DNA from: an uncultured Oscillospiraceae bacterium
GTDB lineage: Bacteria; Bacillota; Clostridia; Oscillospirales; Ruminococcaceae
Length of the DNA stretch: 64,000 bases
Assembly: GCA_964368625.1 (NCBI GenBank)
Contig: CAYJBH010000013.1
Location: forward strand, 5,372-69,371
Direction of reading: 5' to 3'
Part shown: positions 58,205-64,000 of the stretch, in pieces
How positions within the stretch are numbered: the stretch's first letter is position 1
How the letters are laid out: each line of letters begins with the position of its first letter
The notes under the pieces: model-generated
Told to the model about the DNA's origin: nothing
Seen by the model: only the letters and a program-made list of their open reading frames with translations
Database searches by the model: none
Program-made: the position numbers and the translations under genes

Positions 58205-59263
58205 ATGGAAATTTTAGTTTTAGGCGGAACCGGTGCGATGGGCGTACACTTAGTACATTTTTTAACAAACACAAACGCAAACGTCACTGTAACTTCAAGA
58301 AGAAGCCATCAGTCGTACGCGAACATTAAATATATTGTGTGTAATGCTAAAAATTCCGATGAATTATCTAAGGTTTTACTGAAGAAATGGGATGTGATAG
58401 TCGACTTTATGGCATATGATACAACACAGCTTTTCACAAATAATATAACGAATATTTTGTCGCAGACAAACCAGTATATTTTTTTGAGTTCGGCGAGAGT
58501 ATATGATAATTTGTCCACCGTAATTACGGAGCAATCTACACGGCTACTAGACACTTGTGTTGACAGTGAATACTTAAATACTGATGAATATGCGCTATCT
58601 AAAGCACGGCAAGAAAATGCTTTAATTAACGGCGATTATGCAAATTGGACAATAATAAGACCATATATTACCTATGATACATATCGCATGCAGCTTGGGA
58701 CATATGAGTTGAATAATTGGCTGTACAGAGCAATTAATAAAAGATCGGTAGTATTCGATACCGAAATGCTAAACCGAAAAACAACCATGACATATGGGGC
58801 TGATGTCGCAAAAAGAATAACTGCGATAATTGGTAATAAGGCAGCGCTTGGAGAGGTTTATCAAATTGCTACTAACGAGTTTAAAACATGGCGTCAAGTA
58901 ATGGATATTTACTTTGATGCAATCGAAGAAAAACTTGGTTTTAGACCTAATTGTGTTGAAGTCAAAAATATTCAAAGTGCTTTAAATATTAAAAATTCGA
59001 AGCATCAAATTGTTTACGATAGAATGTTTGACCGTGTGTTCGATAGCTCGAAAATTAATACACTTTGCTTAGATGACAACTACACCAACTTGAAAGAGGG
59101 CTTAACGAAGTGTCTTGACGATTTTCTCCTCGAGCCTTATTTTGGTAATATCAATTGGGGCTTTGAGGCCATTAAAGATAAAATAGCTAACGAGAGAATA
59201 CGATACAGTGAAATTGGCAATGTTAAAAAATATTTAAACTATTTTAAGTGCCGATATTTTTAA
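58205..59263 (+). CDS. NAD-dependent epimerase/dehydratase (extended SDR) family protein
   Basis: 352 aa with N-terminal VLGGTGAMG and a YALSK catalytic motif. Confidence 0.8.
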   Translation: MEILVLGGTGAMGVHLVHFLTNTNANVTVTSRRSHQSYANIKYIVCNAKNSDELSKVLLKKWDVIVDFMAYDTTQLFTNNITNILSQTNQYIFLSSARVYDNLSTVITEQSTRLLDTCVDSEYLNTDEYALSKARQENALINGDYANWTIIRPYITYDTYRMQLGTYELNNWLYRAINKRSVVFDTEMLNRKTTMTYGADVAKRITAIIGNKAALGEVYQIATNEFKTWRQVMDIYFDAIEEKLGFRPNCVEVKNIQSALNIKNSKHQIVYDRMFDRVFDSSKINTLCLDDNYTNLKEGLTKCLDDFLLEPYFGNINWGFEAIKDKIANERIRYSEIGNVKKYLNYFKCRYF

Positions 59264-59402
59264 TGAAATTATCGATAAATATTTTGGGGATTTTATATTA
59301 ACCCAATATCACTAGATATATTACACATCACCGCTTCCCCAATCTTAAACACAGTTGAGATTTACAATATTTGTAGAGTTTTACTAAACTAAAGGAACTA
59401 AA

Positions 59403-61841
59403 ATGAAAATAAATTTTAAAAGAAAAATTTTAATAGCACTCGAGAGTATAGTTGAATGTCACGAATATATAAAGAAAATGAGCACAGCCACCGACATCTC
59501 ACATTACTTAGCATTGTGCCAAGAGGTTGCAATGTCGGTGAAAAATGTTGTTGAAACAAAAGAGGATGCAGGATATGAAAAAGATAATTTGTTAAAAATG
59601 TTAGGTGAATACAATAAAAATCTATTTTTAGCAAATAATATTGGGGAAATAAATATAGAATTTGAACGCGCTTTTTGTGTTTGCGAAGAAAATATTGTTG
59701 AAATTAGAAATTCAGTTGTTGAAAAACTACCGAATGAAAAAATGGTTGCAGTTTTCCTTCCTTACAACGCTTCAATGTGGGATTGCTTTGACAGTATTTG
59801 CACTGAGGCTATGAAAAACGATGATTGGAATGTATTTGTTATGCCCGTTCCATACCATTCACTTAATGCACAACACTTGCCATACGAGTTGAATTATGAA
59901 TATGCTGCATTGCCACAGCATCTGCCACTTGTGGACTATAGAGACTGCTCGTTACAAGAATTAGCACCCGATGTAGTTTTTTATCACAATCCATATGATG
60001 ATTTTAACCGGTTAACAAAAGTTTTTCCGGAATTTTATTCGCGTAATCTTTTAAAAATAACTCCAAATATCGTGTATATTCCATATTATGTTTCGGAGCA
60101 AAATACGATGGAGCATATGTTGGAGTTACCCGGAGTGAAAAATGCCTGGAGAGTTGTTATTCAGGAAGAACTCAAAGAGCAGTTTTTAAAAATTTATCCC
60201 AAAGAAAAGATTCTTTTGTACGGCAACCCTAAATTTGATGCTTTGTTTAATGTAAATAAAGATGAAATACCGCAAAAATGGAAAGAGAAAATTAGTAACA
60301 AAACAGTGTTTTTCTATAACACTCATTTGACAAGTGTAATGTCCTCGCAAGACAAATTTTTCCACATGATTGATTATATTATCGAAACACTAAAAACTTC
60401 TGAAGATGTAGTAATACTTTGGAGACCGCATCCTTTATTAAGGCAAACACTCTTGACGTTTTCTGATAATGCGGAATATATGAAAAAATACAAAAGACTA
60501 ATAAAGCAATTTAAGTCTTTGCCTAATGCAATTTATGATAATTCTGGGAAATTACACACAAGCATGGCTATATCTGATGCATATATAGGTACTGCTCGTA
60601 GCTCGGTATTAAAATTGTATAAAGAATTGAATAAGCCTATATATATAATACCGGACTTTTTTGAGAGTAATTATTGGGAGCGTAATTGTTTTCGTGCAAA
60701 CAGAGGCGGCATCGTTTGCAATAACGAATTATGGCAGTTTGATTCAAACTTTAATGCTTTATTTAAAATGGATATGAGCACTTTTGATGTGGAATTTATT
60801 ACAACAATCGAAAAATATCCATTTGCAGAAAAACAATTATATCACCTTGTTGATAACTACGACAAATGGTTGATTCTTTTGCCTACAAAGAAAAAAGAAA
60901 TGGTGATTTTTAATATCGAAACTAATGAGCAGAGAAAAATTCAACTTACAAAAGAGGATCTTTTTGAATACCACCATTATCTTTCCGCTTTAAATGATGG
61001 TATTCTAACTTTTGCGCTAAATGGCAGCACAGAACGTTATTATTCCTTTTCATTTAAAAACTTTGAATTGAAGGAATACAAAACAAACTTAGAAGGACAA
61101 ATTATTGGTGTTGAACAAAATTATCTTTGGCTATTTGATGCTGATAATAAACAATTATCAGCACAGAACGTCTTTGACGACGAAGTAATTATTTATTCCT
61201 TACCCGCTAATCTTACCTTTAAAAAGCTACCGTTTATTAAAATTGACTGTGATGATTTATGGATAATTGAACGTGACGAAGGCGTTTTATTATACTATAA
61301 ATATTTTAAAGATCCAACCAACTTTAGTATTCACAATGTATCCCCTAATTGTCAAAAAAGTAAGGACATACATATACGTATGTGCCATGTTCATAATAAA
61401 AAATTACTTCTTAGCAACACTTACTCGGATGAGATTTATAGCTATTATCCTAAAACCAAGACTTTGACAGCGCTTGTATCAAAATCAGATGGCAGTATCA
61501 CCCCACATTGTTTAACTGCAGTAAGCTATAACGAGTGCTCTTATATTATGCCATTTGATACGAATGAACCTTATTTGATAGAGGTAGATAAGTACGCGAC
61601 AAAAATACAAAAAAGACGATTCAAATTGAGAAAATCAGAAAAACTTGTAAATCATTTGTTGGACGACTATGTAAATGAAAATTCCTGTATAGCCAATTTA
61701 CAAAGTTTTCCGATTAGTCTTACCGATTTTATTAAAGCGATAAAAGAAATTAGAAAAACAGAGAATGATGCGATGAGATATAAATATGCTAACATAGGTG
61801 AAAAAGTCTTTAACCATATTTCTGAGGAATTGTTAGGTTGA
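59403..61841 (+). CDS. large TagB/TagF-fold domain protein with uncharacterised N- and C-terminal regions
   Basis: 812 aa. The central region carries GNPKFD, FFYNTHL, WRPHPLL and ISDAYIG...SS motifs that parallel CDP-glycerol glycerophosphotransferases. About 380 C-terminal residues have no recognisable motif. Confidence 0.5.
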   Translation: MKINFKRKILIALESIVECHEYIKKMSTATDISHYLALCQEVAMSVKNVVETKEDAGYEKDNLLKMLGEYNKNLFLANNIGEINIEFERAFCVCEENIVEIRNSVVEKLPNEKMVAVFLPYNASMWDCFDSICTEAMKNDDWNVFVMPVPYHSLNAQHLPYELNYEYAALPQHLPLVDYRDCSLQELAPDVVFYHNPYDDFNRLTKVFPEFYSRNLLKITPNIVYIPYYVSEQNTMEHMLELPGVKNAWRVVIQEELKEQFLKIYPKEKILLYGNPKFDALFNVNKDEIPQKWKEKISNKTVFFYNTHLTSVMSSQDKFFHMIDYIIETLKTSEDVVILWRPHPLLRQTLLTFSDNAEYMKKYKRLIKQFKSLPNAIYDNSGKLHTSMAISDAYIGTARSSVLKLYKELNKPIYIIPDFFESNYWERNCFRANRGGIVCNNELWQFDSNFNALFKMDMSTFDVEFITTIEKYPFAEKQLYHLVDNYDKWLILLPTKKKEMVIFNIETNEQRKIQLTKEDLFEYHHYLSALNDGILTFALNGSTERYYSFSFKNFELKEYKTNLEGQIIGVEQNYLWLFDADNKQLSAQNVFDDEVIIYSLPANLTFKKLPFIKIDCDDLWIIERDEGVLLYYKYFKDPTNFSIHNVSPNCQKSKDIHIRMCHVHNKKLLLSNTYSDEIYSYYPKTKTLTALVSKSDGSITPHCLTAVSYNECSYIMPFDTNEPYLIEVDKYATKIQKRRFKLRKSEKLVNHLLDDYVNENSCIANLQSFPISLTDFIKAIKEIRKTENDAMRYKYANIGEKVFNHISEELLG

Positions 61842-62171
61842 AGCTCCTATAGTTATTAAGCAAAACATAATAAAAAGATATACCATATTTTAATAAAATA
61901 GATCGATAATATTAATTATGCACGAATAACATATTTAATAAATCACTATATAATGATTTTATGTAATCAATTTATCTAATAAGTAATTATTTACGAGTCG
62001 TTAGATCTTTTTCACGAGAGGCATGCCTATCAACTTGAGCATGCTAAAGTGTCTGTTTTTTTGGGGTTTGGGGCTTGCCCCAACATGGCAAAGCGGGGCG
62101 GTGTGTACCGGTCTGCCTTGCTTGCAAGCTTGTTTGCTTTTAAATACATAGTCTAAAATTATATAATAAAT

Positions 62172-62213
62172 GTGTTAAAAATCATTTGCGAAACATTCTA
62201 TGATTTTTAACAC
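62172..62213. repeat. perfect 14-bp inverted repeat with a 14-nt spacer
   Basis: GTGTTAAAAATCAT ... ATGATTTTTAACAC, followed by a T-rich tract. Confidence 0.7.
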
Positions 62214-62364
62214 GTTTATTTTTGTGCAAATTTTTTTAACACCACTACCCAAACCCACTCTTTTTTCACGATTAGTGAGAAGAACAGCATTTCGAAAACC
62301 ATCAAAATACAAAAGCAATGAATATCGGGTGCTAACCTTTCATATTAATTGAAAAAGGGGTGGG

Positions 62365-62535
62365 ATGATGACTGGAATAGATAATAATATAGCAAATGTA
62401 AAAACCGACATAAAGCTCGCTGTTAACCGCAGCCTTTATCAAAAAGGCGTTATTACCGAAGAGATGTATATAAAGGCAAAAGAGATGTTGATTAAAACAA
62501 TGCCACCAAACAATAATCATGATAAAAAATTGTAA
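62365..62535 (+). CDS. small protein with a SHOCT-like motif (paralogue of 63496-63705), unannotated in the ORF track
   Basis: 56 aa: MMTGIDNNIANVKTDIKLAVNRSLYQKGVITEEMYIKAKEMLIKTMPPNNNHDKKL. AAGGGG RBS. The core is nearly identical to the 69-aa ORF 1.1 kb downstream. Confidence 0.45.
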   Translation: MMTGIDNNIANVKTDIKLAVNRSLYQKGVITEEMYIKAKEMLIKTMPPNNNHDKKL

Positions 62536-62601
62536 GATGAATTTACTCTTGCCGCATTATGGCTGTTGTGGATTTTATTTTAAATGAAATTGTTAACTTT
62601 A

Positions 62602-62648
62602 AAACCGTGTGAAGTGCTTCCGACTTTCGGAAATGTTTTACACGGTTT
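62602..62648 (+). other. long imperfect hairpin (terminator of the small ORF and/or oriT candidate)
   Basis: Arms AAACCGTGTGAAGTGCTTCCGA and TCGGAAATGTTTTACACGGTTT with a 3-nt loop. 9-bp and 6-bp perfect segments are joined by G-U/A-U pairs. A T-rich tract follows. It lies about 290 nt upstream of mobC. Confidence 0.4.
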
Positions 62649-62939
62649 AATTTTTAAATGCGCCATACACTCCACGATTACTATGTAAAATCATAAGTTT
62701 ATAGCAATAAGGGATGAGCAAACGAAAACAAAAATTTTTACAAAAATAAATCTTTTGGTACTTAACCCCTTTATTTTTCGGCATGAATATTGGGAGGTGT
62801 TTTTCGCCGCCTAGTCTGAATCTTAAAAACAGTCTCAGCAAGCACTGAATTTGATTATCCAAATTCGCTTGTTAGGAGACCTAAAACCCACAAAAAAGAT
62901 TCGGACAGAAAGAAAATAGTTTACGAAAGGATTTATTAA

Positions 62940-63281
62940 ATGAGAAAAAGAAATGTTCAAATACTGTTTCGCCTCGCAAGTGATGAAGCACAGGAATTTG
63001 ACAAAAAGGTTAAAAAGTCAGGTCTGCATCGAGAGACTTTTTTGCGAGAGATGATTGCAGGTTTTACCCTGCGAGAAAAACCCGACAAAGACTTTTATAG
63101 CGTCATGAAACAGCTCACTGCTATCGGCAACAATTTAAATCAGCTTGCTGCAAAGGCTCAGTCACTCAACTTTATCGACTCGCCCGAACTTGAAAAGCAG
63201 TCGCGAGAGTGGGCGGAGCTTCAGTCGGCCGTGCAGGAAAAATATCTACTGCCAAAAAGGCGCACCGATAGTGGTCGTTAA
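62940..63281 (+). CDS. mobC: MobC family mobilisation (relaxosome accessory) protein
   Basis: 113 aa with an RHH-like N-terminus (ILFRLASDEAQEF) and the IGNNLNQLA motif diagnostic of MobC. Confidence 0.8.
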   Translation: MRKRNVQILFRLASDEAQEFDKKVKKSGLHRETFLREMIAGFTLREKPDKDFYSVMKQLTAIGNNLNQLAAKAQSLNFIDSPELEKQSREWAELQSAVQEKYLLPKRRTDSGR

Positions 63282-63495
63282 GATTTAGGGGCGCGTGGTA
63301 GGTTTGATTGTCCTCTTTACTGTCGTGAACCATCGTAAACCCATTATCAGAAACCTCTCCGCGAGGAGTTCGGAAGTTTGCAGGATGCCATACGATAGCG
63401 AAGGTCAGAGCGTTTTTAATATCGTGCAAAAAACAAGTATATTAAACGTCGTTGCTTAATATTAATTATAAAAAGAGACAAGGAAAATAAACGAA

Positions 63496-63705
63496 ATGAG
63501 AAAGACAAACGAAACACAGGAAATTAATGAAATCGACAGCAATATCAACTCGACAAAAACAGAGTTAAAACTTGCAGTTAACAAGAGCCTTTATTTAAAA
63601 GGCGTAATTACCGAGGAGATGTATATAAAAGCAAAAGAGGCGCTGATTAGGGCGCCTATGTCGAACATTCAACACAAGAAGAGAGGCAGTTCTTTAGAGC
63701 GATAA
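63496..63705 (+). CDS. small protein with a SHOCT-like motif (paralogue of 62365-62535)
   Basis: 69 aa with ELKLAVNKSLYLKGVITEEMYIKAKEALI. AAGGAAA RBS. Confidence 0.5.
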   Translation: MRKTNETQEINEIDSNINSTKTELKLAVNKSLYLKGVITEEMYIKAKEALIRAPMSNIQHKKRGSSLER

Positions 63706-63716
63706 TGATACAACTC

Positions 63717-63745
63717 TTGACAAACATATAAATACATATTATAAT
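63717..63745 (+). promoter_or_regulatory. perfect-consensus sigmaA promoter upstream of the recombinase gene
   Basis: TTGACA, 17-nt spacer, TATAAT, 61 nt upstream of the ATG at 63807. Confidence 0.7.
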
Positions 63746-63806
63746 GAATTGTAACACAAAGAAGTGTTTTAAAAATTTATAACAATCCTAAAAGGAAGTT
63801 TAGATT

Positions 63807-64000
63807 ATGGACTTATATGACTTAAGGAACGAATTGAGCATGGGCAAATCCATCTACGATTTGCCTCTTAAAGTTACCTTTTATGCACGTGTTTCAACCG
63901 GCAGTGATGAGCAGGCTCATTCGCTTAAAAATCAGATAAATTATTATCGAGATTTTATCGGCAAAAATTCTAACTGGACATACGTTGAGGGATATATCGA
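63807..64000 (+). CDS. large serine recombinase, 5' partial (runs off the window)
   Basis: MDLYDLRNELSMGKSIYDLPLKVTFYARVSTGSDEQAHSLKNQINYY carries the resolvase/invertase catalytic-serine motif YARVST...Q..SL..Q. AAAGGAAG RBS. Confidence 0.85.
   Translation, partial: MDLYDLRNELSMGKSIYDLPLKVTFYARVSTGSDEQAHSLKNQINYYRDFIGKNSNWTYVEGYI

Larger units (their letters stand above)
62365..64000 (+). mobile_element. integrative/mobilisable-element module (small ORF x2, MobC, serine recombinase), boundaries not determined
   Basis: Mobility genes are co-oriented at the distal edge of the AT-rich accessory region. The right end is off-window, and the left end could be near 62.0 kb or as far left as 46.47 kb. 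Confidence 0.45.

Noticed and set aside
62332-62520. 62-aa minus-strand ORF from the track.
   Set aside because: It is antisense to the RBS-led + strand 56-aa ORF, which has a clear paralogue at 63496-63705. The minus-strand translation has no such support.
63172-63429. 85-aa minus-strand ORF overlapping the mobC end, and the idea that 63282-63495 encodes a relaxase N-terminus.
   Set aside because: The minus ORF has no RBS and overlaps mobC. The + strand frames after mobC are interrupted by stops within a few codons and do not resemble relaxase N-termini convincingly.
1-64000. Looked for CRISPR arrays, rRNA and tRNA genes in all intergenic gaps.
   Set aside because: I saw no regularly spaced direct repeats, no tRNA-like T-arm (GGTTCGAATCC-type) motifs, and no long ORF-free conserved-looking stretches. 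The eye scan is not exhaustive, so tRNAscan or Infernal would settle it.

Overview
The gene content and order suggest a low-GC Gram-positive, Clostridia-type, flagellated spore-former; this is an inference. I saw no rRNA, tRNA or CRISPR array. Positions 1-46.5 kb are mostly core chromosome. They carry a beta-CASP nuclease, a stand-alone hisH-hisF pair, mtnN, a membrane-anchored GH25 muramidase, and a perM-ltaS-MFS block. Next come prmC/DUF1385, a LysR-yeiH pair, and fliD-fliS with a SigD-type promoter. A small AT-rich islet follows (small peptide, MFS exporter, glutamate-cysteine-ligase-like enzyme), then ComFB/acyltransferase/orphan ParA. A long minus-strand housekeeping run covers ylxM-ffh-rpsP-KH-rimM-trmD-mreC-mreD-PBP2-recX-rimO-pgsA-cysS-DUF4349-ribF. 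After it come metY-recA, a convergently overlapping two-component pair, and the sporulation genes sipL-like and spoIVA. At about 46.47 kb the spoIVA frame loses homology roughly 75 codons before its expected end. From there the DNA is visibly more AT-rich accessory sequence. It carries a teichoic-acid-like glycopolymer cluster (46.7-61.8 kb) with a TagD-oxidoreductase fusion, two TagF-like enzymes, GT2, GT-B and RgpF transferases, a pyruvyl transferase, a MenD-like ThDP enzyme and an SDR. A mobility module follows (62.3-64.0 kb): a duplicated small ORF, MobC without a relaxase, and the 5' end of a large serine recombinase running off the window. The lead hypothesis is that spoIVA, a mother-cell sporulation gene, is split by an element of at least 17.5 kb carrying a serine recombinase and a glycopolymer cargo. 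The window cannot prove this because the right end is not visible. All calls come from reading the ORF translations and DNA by eye; no searches were run.
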